DNA of 61,423 nucleotides from a virus (taxonomy: Duplodnaviria > Caudoviricetes), in IMG/VR virus record IMGVR_UViG_3300043410_001140, positions 1-61,423 of that record, one strand, 5' to 3'. The notes below the pieces were generated by a model. That model worked only from the letters and a program-made list of their open reading frames with translations, was not told the origin of the DNA and ran no database searches. This document shows, piece after piece, positions 47,877 through 57,111 of this stretch. The position numbers and the translations under genes are program-made. How positions within the stretch are numbered: the stretch's first letter is position 1; every line of letters begins with the position of its first letter.

Positions 47877-48233
47877 TTACTCCTTTATGCCGTGGGCGGC
47901 GTCGATTGCATGGTCAATAACTTCATCCATTGCTGCGCCGCGATTTCTCATTGCTGCACGCCATGCGTTTTCCGCTAATTCGGCGTTGGCATTGTTTCGC
48001 AAAAATAGATAACGTTCTGAGTTCTTCTGCTCATCCGTCAGCGGCTTGCGGGGTTGTGGGTGGGTGTAGAGAGGCTCATTGTTTGGTGAAGGCTTACCGT
48101 CAACGCCAATCACAGGGTCATCAAAGTCGCGGTCATTTAATGCATTGCGCAGGCATTTAACAATATTGTTATTCCCAACAACAGCACCAATCTCGATCAG
48201 ATCAATAATTGCCTCTACTGCTTCAATACTCAT
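47877..48233 (-). CDS. Hypothetical mosaic protein (PLYTHP, ERY.FLR, AAHGIKE)
   Basis: AAGGAG SD. Confidence 0.72.
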   Translation of the reverse strand: MSIEAVEAIIDLIEIGAVVGNNNIVKCLRNALNDRDFDDPVIGVDGKPSPNNEPLYTHPQPRKPLTDEQKNSERYLFLRNNANAELAENAWRAAMRNRGAAMDEVIDHAIDAAHGIKE

Positions 48234-48304
48234 GTTTTACTCCTTAAACAATAGCCACATAAAAAGGCAAACGACGATGGTTACGCAGACTGATTGGACG
48301 TCAC

Positions 48305-49141
48305 TCATGCGACCACCTTTTCATAGCCACCGATTAAATCGTAGATATGCGTACGCACAAGTCGTAAGCCGTTGTTGATGCCGCGAGCCAGCATGATTTT
48401 GCGGCGGTCTTCGTCCGTAGTCTTGACCCATTGGCCATTGACGTAGTCACTGTACTGAGGCAGATCAGACATACGGAGTCCCAAATTCACGGTTGCAATC
48501 GCGTCTTCGGCGGATGGGTTTTTGTAGTTGATATCAGCGACTAGAGGCGGCTGCGGGTTTCGTTTCCCATTCAAACGGTTCACAGCGTACTCATCGAACA
48601 CACCGATACGCTCCATCGCATGGATCAACGTGCGAAGAACTTTTGTCTCGGCTTTGGCCTGTTGGATCGCTTCGGATTTCACTAGCGTTTTCATATCCGT
48701 TGGCGGATTGAGCAGCTTCTCGGGCGTACCGTATTTGGCGTCCATCAGGAATTGCAAACCAGACGCATATGGAATGGTTTTGTCCGCTGCTGTTTTCCAC
48801 TGAGGGTTCCCCTTGTAGATTCGGATACATTGCTCTTTGTTGCCATGTCTTTTCGCATCAGAATAGATGTGCGTGTCTGTCAACGCAGATATGCGGCGCA
48901 TTGTTGTTGGCGTTAGCTTTTGAACATGCGTAATTGTCAACAGGTTGTCTTTGTCCATGGTGGCCAGAGACACAGGCTCAAGGCGCTTTCGGTTTTCTTT
49001 TTTCCAGCCCACCATTGGCTCGTACATTATTTCAAACAAACCATTCTCGCGTTGGTACAAGCCACAGTCTGGAAATATGCGTTTCACAGCTGAGTTTTTT
49101 GCGCGTTTCAGGTAGAGCTCATTTAGTTTTTGCCAGTTCAT
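48305..49141 (-). CDS. Hypothetical protein, 278 aa
   Basis: Long coupled ORF. Confidence 0.75.
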   Translation of the reverse strand: MNWQKLNELYLKRAKNSAVKRIFPDCGLYQRENGLFEIMYEPMVGWKKENRKRLEPVSLATMDKDNLLTITHVQKLTPTTMRRISALTDTHIYSDAKRHGNKEQCIRIYKGNPQWKTAADKTIPYASGLQFLMDAKYGTPEKLLNPPTDMKTLVKSEAIQQAKAETKVLRTLIHAMERIGVFDEYAVNRLNGKRNPQPPLVADINYKNPSAEDAIATVNLGLRMSDLPQYSDYVNGQWVKTTDEDRRKIMLARGINNGLRLVRTHIYDLIGGYEKVVA

Positions 49142-49467
49142 GTTTTTCCTTCGTCAGTTAGTCGTTGTGCCACTTGTGAGGCGATGCGTCTTGCAAGCAT
49201 CCTCTTTTCTCTTTCAATCAAGAATCGAACGTACTCTTTGTTTACCCACGAGGGGATTGTTTGGACAGAATATTTAATCTCTCCGTGAAGAAGATACACC
49301 TTGGCCACTTGCAGGTTGTACGGGTTTATTGGGCTGACTTGTTTTAAATAGGATACGGTGGTTGACCGCACCCACTCAAGCCTAAGCCCCACCACCCAGT
49401 CGTTGGTATGCAGCGTATGCTGCTTCTCCGTCTGTGAATGTGGCTCTGTAGTATTGGAGTTCATCAC
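49138..49467 (-). CDS. Hypothetical protein
   Basis: AAGGAG SD; overlaps upstream gene. Confidence 0.55.
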   Translation of the reverse strand: MMNSNTTEPHSQTEKQHTLHTNDWVVGLRLEWVRSTTVSYLKQVSPINPYNLQVAKVYLLHGEIKYSVQTIPSWVNKEYVRFLIEREKRMLARRIASQVAQRLTDEGKT

Positions 49468-49603
49468 TCAGCTCCTTGATTGTTTCGTATCTGTCAAATA
49501 CATCGTTTTCCAAGTCATCTACTTTTTCTTGAAGCTGCCTAATGCTATGCAGAGCATCCGAAAGTTCTTGTTCAAGTTCTTCTACTTGTGCTGCTAACGA
49601 CAT
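49382..49603 (-). CDS. Coiled-coil hypothetical protein
   Basis: GGAG SD before MSLAAQ. Confidence 0.7.
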   Translation of the reverse strand: MSLAAQVEELEQELSDALHSIRQLQEKVDDLENDVFDRYETIKELSDELQYYRATFTDGEAAYAAYQRLGGGA

Positions 49604-49842
49604 GCTTTCTCCAATATGTAGAACGACCACAGCCACGCTTTGGCGTCATCTTCGTTGGTGAAGTATCGAAGTCCTCGCCCGCTGAGTAACTCAGCGTAGT
49701 AAGTCCTTAGCCCATCGGGGTCTTGTAAAACTACTTCGCCTACGATTGTCCTGCCCAATGCATAGCTTGTGTCGCATAGATACCATTGAGCGAAGCCAGC
49801 CCTGTCACGGCCGCCCTCACCTGTACGCCGCCATTGCATCAT
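49594..49842 (-). CDS. Small protein, family B (W...F....AK.W)
   Basis: Pattern shared with 52684, 54611 and 56666. Confidence 0.7.
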   Translation of the reverse strand: MMQWRRTGEGGRDRAGFAQWYLCDTSYALGRTIVGEVVLQDPDGLRTYYAELLSGRGLRYFTNEDDAKAWLWSFYILEKACR

Positions 49843-50942
49843 GCGTCTAGCTCGAAATGGATGTTTTCACCATGGGGCGCTTGGACGTCGGAGGAGATAC
49901 ACCACACGACGGGATATCCGGGATCACTTCCAAAATCTGTGTAACCATCCGTAAGGCAAACAAATACCTCCGGAGCAATACCATGTTCAGCACAGTACTC
50001 AAAGCCAGCAGGCATATCAGTACCACCACCCGAGTAGAACTCCAGTTGAACTTCTTCACCACAATCGAATTCGACATGTTTTTGAACCTCGGTGTCTGTG
50101 TAGAGAACGTGAACTTTGTCAGGACGACATTGCTCGATGATTCGTGATAGGTGACCGTTGTATGCGTTCAACTCTTGGCGTGAGATAGAACCGGACACAT
50201 CGACTTGAACAACAAGCTCACCCATCTGTGGCAACTTGTCTGTGGATGGTAAGTAGTCTTCGAAGCGGCGGTTGCGGCGGCGCCATGTTTGACCTTGAGC
50301 CACGCATGCAGTCATGTGCTTTTCAAGAATGTCGTACCAAGGTGTCTTGACTTCGAGAATGTCAGCCACGATTTTTTCCAACATGCCAGACATCTTGCCG
50401 CGCATCTTGGCGGCTTGGGCAGCTTCGGCGATCTCGACTTTGATCTGACCTTCGATCTCGCGGATTTCGTCTGGGGTCAATGCTTTGCCGTTTGCGCTAC
50501 CATCACCGTAGATGATGTCGTGACCTGTACCACCAGAACCATCGGGGTTGTCGGGCAACTCGTCGTAGATTGTTTCAGTGGTCTTGTCTTTGCTGCCAGC
50601 GATGTTCACTGTGTTGGGAATGCGATCACCAACTCGGCTGTCGTCAAGCGTGTCATTGATCCAAGCGTCACCTGCGTAGTTCCACTTCTTCTTGTCGCGG
50701 TTACCGCAACGCAAAGCATGCTGGCCGATCACATGGCCAACCTCATGGCACAGACCCCAAACGATCTGGGGCACAGTCAAGCCCTCCAAGAACTTCTCGT
50801 TGTAGTAGATGTTGGCACGAGCATCGACTGCCAGTGTTGGCACTTGATCTGTTTTGATGAGCTTGCGGCGCAAAAGAATTGCGGCAAAGAAAGGGTGGTC
50901 CAAAACAATTTGTGCTTTGGCTTTTTCAAGTTTTGTTGCCAT
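49839..50942 (-). CDS. VWA-like plus putative metallopeptidase (DUF2201-type)
   Basis: HEVGH zincin motif, WNYA.D..IN, MIDAS DVSGS, GGGT, LTDG. Confidence 0.88.
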   Translation of the reverse strand: MATKLEKAKAQIVLDHPFFAAILLRRKLIKTDQVPTLAVDARANIYYNEKFLEGLTVPQIVWGLCHEVGHVIGQHALRCGNRDKKKWNYAGDAWINDTLDDSRVGDRIPNTVNIAGSKDKTTETIYDELPDNPDGSGGTGHDIIYGDGSANGKALTPDEIREIEGQIKVEIAEAAQAAKMRGKMSGMLEKIVADILEVKTPWYDILEKHMTACVAQGQTWRRRNRRFEDYLPSTDKLPQMGELVVQVDVSGSISRQELNAYNGHLSRIIEQCRPDKVHVLYTDTEVQKHVEFDCGEEVQLEFYSGGGTDMPAGFEYCAEHGIAPEVFVCLTDGYTDFGSDPGYPVVWCISSDVQAPHGENIHFELDA

Positions 50943-51270
50943 TTGCGGCCTCCAGTTTTTCGTTTACACACATTGCTACTGCTTGAGCAAAAGATACCTT
51001 CTGAACACTGATCGACTGATCTGCCTTGCGGTGCCAGATTTTGTTGTCTCCGTACCCAATGCTGCCCACCGTAACAATCGTGTCTTGGATCAGTTTGAAC
51101 GATGATGCGGGCATCATTAGACTGTGGTCAACCACTACGAACTCGCTCATTTTTTCGTTAGGCTGTTTGCCTTGTGGCTTGTATTCAATCTTGACTTCGC
51201 AGTCACGCATGATGCGCAAGATAGTTCGCGTCGATTTGATTGGCCTGAACACTAGATCAATTAATCTCAT
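50926..51270 (-). CDS. Hypothetical protein
   Basis: GGAGG SD. Confidence 0.6.
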   Translation of the reverse strand: MRLIDLVFRPIKSTRTILRIMRDCEVKIEYKPQGKQPNEKMSEFVVVDHSLMMPASSFKLIQDTIVTVGSIGYGDNKIWHRKADQSISVQKVSFAQAVAMCVNEKLEAANGNKT

Positions 51271-51475
51271 ATGAACCCTCCGCACCTTTTACAACTACCT
51301 TGCCTTCGCTGTCCACCGATGCGCTTGCTTTTTTGTGGGCAATAGCACCGAGAACAAACACCAGCTTGCTAGTTATGTAGTTAGATTTTGCAATGAGCTT
51401 ATGAGCTCTCCAGTTTTGCACGAGCATGATCGCATTGAAGATGATCGACAAAATCAAGAAGTCTGTTTCGTTCAT
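51257..51475 (-). CDS. Small membrane protein
   Basis: N-terminal TM; coupled. Confidence 0.6.
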   Translation of the reverse strand: MNETDFLILSIIFNAIMLVQNWRAHKLIAKSNYITSKLVFVLGAIAHKKASASVDSEGKVVVKGAEGSYEIN

Positions 51476-51699
51476 TTGTTAATCCCATAGATATTGCAAA
51501 GTAACTCATCCAACTGGCGAGCATGTTTTGGAAACAAGCGAAGGACTTCGTCGCTCTGATACAAGTATTCGAGTTGAGCCCAAATTGCGTAGTCAAAGTT
51601 CCCTTCGTTGATGCATTCCTGCATCATCACTAATGTCTTGCTACGGTTGTACAGGGCATAAAGCAAGTCAAGAAGCGTTTCTTTCTCTTTCTTTTTCAT
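51472..51699 (-). CDS. Hypothetical protein
   Basis: Coupled ORF. Confidence 0.6.
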   Translation of the reverse strand: MKKKEKETLLDLLYALYNRSKTLVMMQECINEGNFDYAIWAQLEYLYQSDEVLRLFPKHARQLDELLCNIYGINK

Positions 51700-51801
51700 A
51701 GGAATCCAATCCGTCTGCGTGGTTGTTCAATGACCACTGGTTGAGGACGGCGCTGTGTGAGACGCGCCCTGAGTTCGAAGTACACGATGATGCTTGCCGC
51801 T

Positions 51802-52680
51802 TCAAGCCACCCCATACATACCACCCATGATCTTGGCAAACTCGTCGAACTTCTTGGCCGCTTGTTCACGCACCACAGGTGACTCACGCAACACATCTTT
51901 GTTGTCGCTGTACACGCTGATTGCACGGAGCAAAGTATTGGCCATGTCGTCCACGTCTGCATCGTTGTTGACGTTCAATGCCTTGGCACGTTTGAGCCCT
52001 TCAACCACGTTCTCCACAGCGGTGTCGCGGAAGATCGCACCCTCAGTACCGATTGGTTTGTTGAGCTTCTCGACCAAGTGTTGCAATGGCTCAAGCATTC
52101 CCTTGATGACCTCAGACCGCGCACTACGCGCCACCGTTTCCATCGACTCGTTGAATGTCTGCATGTCGTCATCGCTGATGTCAAACAGAAAGTGCTTCGC
52201 GTCAGGCAGTGGAGTGAACCGAAGATCGAACCCCATCTTGGCTTGGAACTCATCGGAAGTCGGGTAGTCTTCCAGCTTGGCACGCGAATTCGGGTTGAGA
52301 CTTCGGTGTTGCATGTCAAGTTGCACGTACTTGTCGTAGTTGGGAATGTGCAAAGACATCATGGTGTCCATCGCTTGGATGCGTTCACGCATTGCAGTTG
52401 TGTATTCCACATACTGCGTGTTGGGCAGGATGCGAGGGCCTTTGTCGATGTACGGCAGTGTGTGCGCCTTGTGGTATGTGTACACCTCAGACGCTGCAGT
52501 CATGATGCGGTTGATCGGATTCATCTTGTCACGGAACAGTTTGCTGTTGACCACGAGTGATGTGTCATCCAGTTGCTGTTGGATCACAGTCTCGGCCTCA
52601 GTATCCCGCCGTGTCAAGTTGGCGCGCCGCACCGTCAGTTTGACGAGCATCGCCTTGCTTGCAAGTGTTGTCGGTTGCAT
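51802..52680 (-). CDS. Helical protein accompanying the AAA/VWA module (DUF3150-like)
   Basis: AMLVKL, HTLP...G.R.LP, DYPT, IFRD..V.N motifs. Confidence 0.7.
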   Translation of the reverse strand: MQPTTLASKAMLVKLTVRRANLTRRDTEAETVIQQQLDDTSLVVNSKLFRDKMNPINRIMTAASEVYTYHKAHTLPYIDKGPRILPNTQYVEYTTAMRERIQAMDTMMSLHIPNYDKYVQLDMQHRSLNPNSRAKLEDYPTSDEFQAKMGFDLRFTPLPDAKHFLFDISDDDMQTFNESMETVARSARSEVIKGMLEPLQHLVEKLNKPIGTEGAIFRDTAVENVVEGLKRAKALNVNNDADVDDMANTLLRAISVYSDNKDVLRESPVVREQAAKKFDEFAKIMGGMYGVA

Positions 52681-52683
52681 AAG

Positions 52684-52914
52684 TCAGTTTCCTTTCTCCA
52701 TTCTTGCTTGAGTAAATATCCACGCCTTGGCTTCGTCCAAGTCGGTGAACTGCATACGATCAGCAGATTCATGCATCATCCACGCTGTGTAGACGTTGCC
52801 AACCCCTGACTTCATGATGAAGCCTAGGGGGGTAGTACCATTGGTTTCGTAAAGAACCCAATCACACAGAGTGCCCTTCTTCCATTCAACCCAATTAGGA
52901 GAGGACGTTGGCAT
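52684..52914 (-). CDS. Small protein, family B
   Basis: FTDLDEAKAWI...RME. Confidence 0.65.
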   Translation of the reverse strand: MPTSSPNWVEWKKGTLCDWVLYETNGTTPLGFIMKSGVGNVYTAWMMHESADRMQFTDLDEAKAWIFTQARMEKGN

Positions 52915-53899
52915 TTTTCACAGCCCACTGGACAAATGCTTTGGTGTTGACGATCTCAGGCTTGAGCTTCTTGGAGTCCAAAACACACATGACTTGGAAC
53001 TCAGCTGGCATGCGGCCAATGTATTCGCACACACGGTCAAAGTTATCCTTGCTGACACGGTGAGCAATAGCACCAGTCAACGCAAACAACACTGGCATGT
53101 CGTCAGGCACAGCAGCTTTGGCAGGATTCATCAAGATGCCGTCAATGTCAGGCAGCGATTCAAAGATGCGCTTGAAGCCTGTGTACTCAGCCGCCGCACC
53201 CTCGCCCACACAGCCAGCGATGTTGGAGTAGTACAGATCAGTGGACAAGCTGGTATCGACTTCGTTTGCCATAGCCCATGAACGTGGCGTTGGGTTGATT
53301 GTGCGGTTGGGATCGAAGTCAGACAGCATGTTGGGTCGGAAGCGCAAGAACTGCACCATTTCCACAGCGATGTTGTTGTCCAAAGCCCAATCGCACCAGT
53401 CGTCCAAGTTCTCGTCGAACATCAACGTCTGCATACGGTTGCCCAGCTTGGTGCTCATGCGAGTCGCGCCAGACTTGTCTTCGGTACGGTTACCTGTTGC
53501 AATGATGTGCAGCTTGGGATGCAACTTGAGCTCACCCGCGTATCGGTCGAGGATCACACGACACAACGGATTCTGCATGGGGATAGCAGCGTCAGACAGT
53601 TCTTCGAGAATCAATGCACAGGGCTGATCCGAACCATCGTCACGGATGCGGTAGAACTCGGATGGGGGAATCCAGCGTGAGCAATCACCGTCAGTCTTTG
53701 GCAAGCCCATGATGTCCACAGGATCGCGCAATGATGGATTGAATTCTGTGATGCGTTCTGGGGAAATGCCAAGTGACGCAACAATCTCACGAGCCAATGT
53801 TGACTTGCCGCCGCCGGGCTTGCCAATGATGTTGGGCACAAGTTGATTACCCTTGGCGAAGTTAGCGAGAACAGAAGTTTTGATGTCAGAGTATTTCAT
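52895..53899 (-). CDS. MoxR-like AAA+ ATPase
   Basis: Walker A GKPGGGKS, Walker B LILEEL, ATGNR, NR finger, PTPRSW. Confidence 0.9.
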   Translation of the reverse strand: MKYSDIKTSVLANFAKGNQLVPNIIGKPGGGKSTLAREIVASLGISPERITEFNPSLRDPVDIMGLPKTDGDCSRWIPPSEFYRIRDDGSDQPCALILEELSDAAIPMQNPLCRVILDRYAGELKLHPKLHIIATGNRTEDKSGATRMSTKLGNRMQTLMFDENLDDWCDWALDNNIAVEMVQFLRFRPNMLSDFDPNRTINPTPRSWAMANEVDTSLSTDLYYSNIAGCVGEGAAAEYTGFKRIFESLPDIDGILMNPAKAAVPDDMPVLFALTGAIAHRVSKDNFDRVCEYIGRMPAEFQVMCVLDSKKLKPEIVNTKAFVQWAVKNANVLS

Positions 53900-53936
53900 G
53901 GTTTCTTTCAATGAGTGAATGGTTGAGTTGAAGTGA

Positions 53937-54137
53937 GGGGATGGTTAATTCTTCATATGCCCCTCGCATATGTTTAAGGTCGTGCTACTCAGCTTACAAT
54001 CCTATGGGGGAACCGAGTAGCCACAGCGTACAGTCACATTAACCAAGCTAGTACGCCGTGAATGATTTCATCCCCCAAATTCGTGATAGGTGAATTTACC
54101 AAAAGAGTAGGGCTACAAAGAGCAGGAGAAACCCTAC
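53937..54137 (-). ncRNA. Candidate multi-stem pseudoknotted RNA in the AAA ATPase leader
   Basis: Five complementary segment pairs of 6-9 bp; G-U pairs favour the minus strand. Confidence 0.55.
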
Positions 54138-54168
54138 ACACCAGATGATTTTGAATTCAGTCAAGTCT

Positions 54169-54402
54169 TCAGTCGGCGGCATCGAGTACCTTTCTTAGAT
54201 ATGCTGCGACTGATTCGTCGTCAGTGTTGATGAAAACGAATTGGGATTCGCCGTTATCGTCTGTGCAAGCAAGGACTTCGTAACATTCACGTCCGTCTAT
54301 TTGTGGATCGAACATGAACTCGCACCCTCTACAGTTTCGTATTACCTTGACCTTGTAGAAGATTCCGTCACGCCACACACCAGTGAGGTCAACGGGTATC
54401 AT
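54169..54402 (-). CDS. 4-Cys mini-protein, family A member 13
   Basis: CRGCEF...C...C...FVF...ESVAAYLRKVLD. Confidence 0.78.
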   Translation of the reverse strand: MIPVDLTGVWRDGIFYKVKVIRNCRGCEFMFDPQIDGRECYEVLACTDDNGESQFVFINTDDESVAAYLRKVLDAAD

Positions 54403-54614
54403 GCCATGCGCTCATGTGCAAGTGTTCTGATTTGTGGCTCGGGGTAATCCAGCATAGCTTGCACTTGTACTAGAAAAGCATTTGGTCGTTTGTATGCGTT
54501 ATCCCTGTAATAGCCCATCAAGAATTCAAGTGCATCAGCGTGGTCAGAATTCAGCCACTTTAAGACTTGGCCTGCGTCGCTCACTATCAAGTACTGCCCA
54601 TTTTTCGCTCTCAT
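54399..54614 (-). CDS. Hypothetical protein
   Basis: Coupled; ends LAHERMA. Confidence 0.7.
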   Translation of the reverse strand: MRAKNGQYLIVSDAGQVLKWLNSDHADALEFLMGYYRDNAYKRPNAFLVQVQAMLDYPEPQIRTLAHERMA

Positions 54615-54862
54615 GCTTCCTCCAATCGTTTGTTCACAAAGTACGCGATGATGTGTTCTTTAGCTTCTTTGCATGTCTTGAAGCATCCGTGATACGGTGG
54701 CTCAACGCCTCTGTCTTCTGCTTCATTAGCGAACACTCTGAATTCACCCTTGCGCGTGTCATGTCTGACATACGCCAAGAGATTGTTGTCTCTGTCGAGG
54801 TAGTCCCAGAACTCATAGTAGAGTTTGCGCCGTGAGTTACGGCCATGTTTCTTCCACTTCAT
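54611..54862 (-). CDS. Small protein, family B
   Basis: MKWKK...FKTCKEAK...KRLEEA. Confidence 0.72.
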   Translation of the reverse strand: MKWKKHGRNSRRKLYYEFWDYLDRDNNLLAYVRHDTRKGEFRVFANEAEDRGVEPPYHGCFKTCKEAKEHIIAYFVNKRLEEA

Positions 54863-55095
54863 TCTTCTAACATTGAGGAAACTTCCAACGCCACCTCAAG
54901 CTCATCAACGATAGTCCACATGGACGCCATGCGTGTGTCACCCAACATGTAGTAGTGACGTTCGAATTCTTGTGGCGTTTTGAATGGCAAGCCATGAATG
55001 TTTGTGTACACGCCGGTATCGTCACTCATGCTGAATTGCATGCTTGGTTGTGCTTCATCGCGGTCAAACGTCAAACAGTAATTCCACATCATCAT
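54859..55095 (-). CDS. Hypothetical protein
   Basis: AGGAG SD before MMMWNY. Confidence 0.65.
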   Translation of the reverse strand: MMMWNYCLTFDRDEAQPSMQFSMSDDTGVYTNIHGLPFKTPQEFERHYYMLGDTRMASMWTIVDELEVALEVSSMLEE

Positions 55096-55247
55096 TCGTA
55101 TCTCCTGAAAGTTAATGCATGCGCCCAATCGCGGCCTGAGTCGTACGCTCGTTGCAAACCATAGTCGCCATACCATTTGGTATAGAAGCTACGGAACTCA
55201 TACATTCCATAGAAGAATGCTTTGATTCGATACCAGTCGTAGATCAT
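55092..55247 (-). CDS. Aromatic-rich 51-aa protein
   Basis: Manual translation MIYDWYRIKAFFYGMYEFRS...AYDSGR; ATGA overlaps on both sides. Confidence 0.65.
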   Translation of the reverse strand: MIYDWYRIKAFFYGMYEFRSFYTKWYGDYGLQRAYDSGRDWAHALTFRRYE

Positions 55248-55519
55248 TCGACTTTCTCCCCGTTGAATTCAAGGTAACAAGTTGTCCACTTGTATTGCGT
55301 TTGTTTGCGTAGGTATGCCCTAGCGTCGTGTTCTTTGGCGAAGAGATTACGCCAAGGTTTCCATTCGGAGTTGCCTTCGTTACCCCATGAGGTAAAGACA
55401 ACCACGCACCAAGGTTTGTCCACTTTCTTCTTGCGCCCTTTGGGTGCTACGACTTTGGCATCAGTCTGCCCAAGGCGTTTGGATTTGTACTTGTTAACTT
55501 CCTCGCGGTAGTCACTCAT
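55244..55519 (-). CDS. Hypothetical basic protein
   Basis: Coupled ORF. Confidence 0.7.
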   Translation of the reverse strand: MSDYREEVNKYKSKRLGQTDAKVVAPKGRKKKVDKPWCVVVFTSWGNEGNSEWKPWRNLFAKEHDARAYLRKQTQYKWTTCYLEFNGEKVE

Positions 55520-55755
55520 CCTGCTTTCTCCAATCGTTTCTTAACGTACTCCGCAATACCATTTTGTGTTGCGCGTACAAAGATATAGCCTTCGAATTCC
55601 CCGCCAAGGTCGCATGGTCTACCTTGTTGCTCTTCATTTATGCAATGGGACTTATCGAACTCTGTGTGGTCAAGCTGACATCCGATGCAGTCTCCATCTT
55701 CTAACCACGGCATGGGTTTCCAATAGACACCGTTGACTTTGATCTTTGTTCTCAT
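55516..55755 (-). CDS. 4-Cys mini-protein, family A member 12
   Basis: CIGC...C...C...YIFV...IAEYVKKRLE. Confidence 0.8.
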   Translation of the reverse strand: MRTKIKVNGVYWKPMPWLEDGDCIGCQLDHTEFDKSHCINEEQQGRPCDLGGEFEGYIFVRATQNGIAEYVKKRLEKAG

Positions 55756-55994
55756 TACGAATACTCCAGCTTATGTGCAACGTAGTCCGCTATCCCTCGA
55801 TTGGTAGCTGGCACGAAGATGTAATCAGTTGCCATATCATCAACACACATAAGAACTGTGGATGTATTTTGGGGGCACCTGCTACTACTTTCTTTTTGTG
55901 GGAAAAAGCAACAACCAGTGCATGGTGGTATTTTATTGGTCACCTGTTTGCACAGATAGTAGTCACGTGTGCCGATGCGTTTTCGTTTCATCAC
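55755..55994 (-). CDS. 4-Cys mini-protein, family A member 11
   Basis: CTGCCF...CP...C...IADYVAHKLE. Confidence 0.8.
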   Translation of the reverse strand: MMKRKRIGTRDYYLCKQVTNKIPPCTGCCFFPQKESSSRCPQNTSTVLMCVDDMATDYIFVPATNRGIADYVAHKLEYS

Positions 55995-56242
55995 GAATAC
56001 TCCAGCTTGTGTGCAACGTAGTCAGCCAGTCCCTGCTTGGTCGCTGGCACGAAGATGTAATCTGTTAGCAAGTCGGTTTCAATTTCTTGGCATAACATTG
56101 TTGTGTCGGCTCTGGTTGGACATTTATTGCTCCCATTTTCTCGAAGCCCAAGGAAAACACAACCTTCGCAGATGTCCATGTTGTCGTTGTCTACCTGTTT
56201 GAGCAAGTAGTAGTTGCGTGTGCCGATGCGTTTTCGTTTCAT
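55991..56242 (-). CDS. 4-Cys mini-protein, family A member 10
   Basis: CEGCVF...CP...C...LADYVAHKLE. Confidence 0.8.
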   Translation of the reverse strand: MKRKRIGTRNYYLLKQVDNDNMDICEGCVFLGLRENGSNKCPTRADTTMLCQEIETDLLTDYIFVPATKQGLADYVAHKLEYS

Positions 56243-56472
56243 CCTGCTTGCTCCAATCGTCTAATAACATAGGCGGCTATGGCCTCGGGATCGTCCAAAA
56301 CAAACACGGGTGAATCACTTTCACACGCAGCCAACTCGTTTCTGTCAGCACAATCTTTGCCCCCTGATGGAATTAGTGAGCATCCAAAGCATCGGCCAGC
56401 TATTATTGACGGCATCGCTTTGTAGTTTTTCCCTTCGTACACCAATATGTCTCCGACTTCATGCAGTATCAC
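56239..56472 (-). CDS. 4-Cys mini-protein, family A member 9
   Basis: CFGC...C...C...PEAIAAYVIRRLE. Confidence 0.8.
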   Translation of the reverse strand: MILHEVGDILVYEGKNYKAMPSIIAGRCFGCSLIPSGGKDCADRNELAACESDSPVFVLDDPEAIAAYVIRRLEQAG

Positions 56473-56669
56473 AGCGTCACCTCTGCATGGATGTACTCGA
56501 CTTCATAGCCCAGCGCCAAGATGTGCTTGACTGTGGCCATTGTCAGAGTCTTTGTGCCTGCGATTGCCGCAAACAGTTTGGCCTCGTTGTTATGTGGGTA
56601 CAGCGCTTGACTGCCGTAGTTTTGTTTGACCTTGAGTTGTACAAGTTTGTCCATGATGTTTCCGATCAT
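56469..56669 (-). CDS. Hypothetical protein (NYG...YP....AKLFA.IAGTKTL type)
   Basis: Coupled ORF, unrelated to families A and B. Confidence 0.75.
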   Translation of the reverse strand: MIGNIMDKLVQLKVKQNYGSQALYPHNNEAKLFAAIAGTKTLTMATVKHILALGYEVEYIHAEVTL

Positions 56670-56893
56670 CTGTTGGCTTCGTCTAACCGTCTGACCACAG
56701 CGACAACCGCCAATGCGTCAGATGCTTCTATGAATGTTTTGAACCACGGCGACCGGTATCCAAGTGCGCATGCTCGATAGAAGCCTTCGTATTTTTCAAC
56801 CCACATATATAAGTAGTTGTCTTGGTTATCGAATGCGTCCACAACATCCACTTTTAAGATGCCACTGAGTCGCACGTTCTCTTTGAAAATCAT
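56666..56893 (-). CDS. Small protein, family B-like
   Basis: FKTFIEA...VRRLDE. Confidence 0.68.
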   Translation of the reverse strand: MIFKENVRLSGILKVDVVDAFDNQDNYLYMWVEKYEGFYRACALGYRSPWFKTFIEASDALAVVAVVRRLDEANR

Positions 56894-56904
56894 GATAGGT
56901 GGCC

Positions 56905-57111
56905 TTATCCCAGTTTTTCTTTGACGTATTCTGTAATGTCTTCGGGTGTGTCTTCCACGTAGATTTCATCGTTGACACATGCTGCCTCTGTTGGGCATCC
57001 CCCAGCGTATTCAAACGCACACCCTCGGCATCCCAGTAGTTTGTTTTCGTCACCTGAGTCCAAGGCTGTGAGAACGACGTATGTTTTACCCGCAATCGTT
57101 TGGCGTTTCAT
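56905..57111 (-). CDS. 4-Cys mini-protein, family A member 8
   Basis: Start MKRQT; CRGCAF...CP...C...TPEDITEYVKEKLG. Confidence 0.8.
   Translation of the reverse strand: MKRQTIAGKTYVVLTALDSGDENKLLGCRGCAFEYAGGCPTEAACVNDEIYVEDTPEDITEYVKEKLG

Noticed and set aside
53937-54075. tmRNA or tRNA (minus strand starts GGGGAUG)
   Set aside because: No T-arm GGUUCRA, no 3' CCA, and too short for tmRNA.
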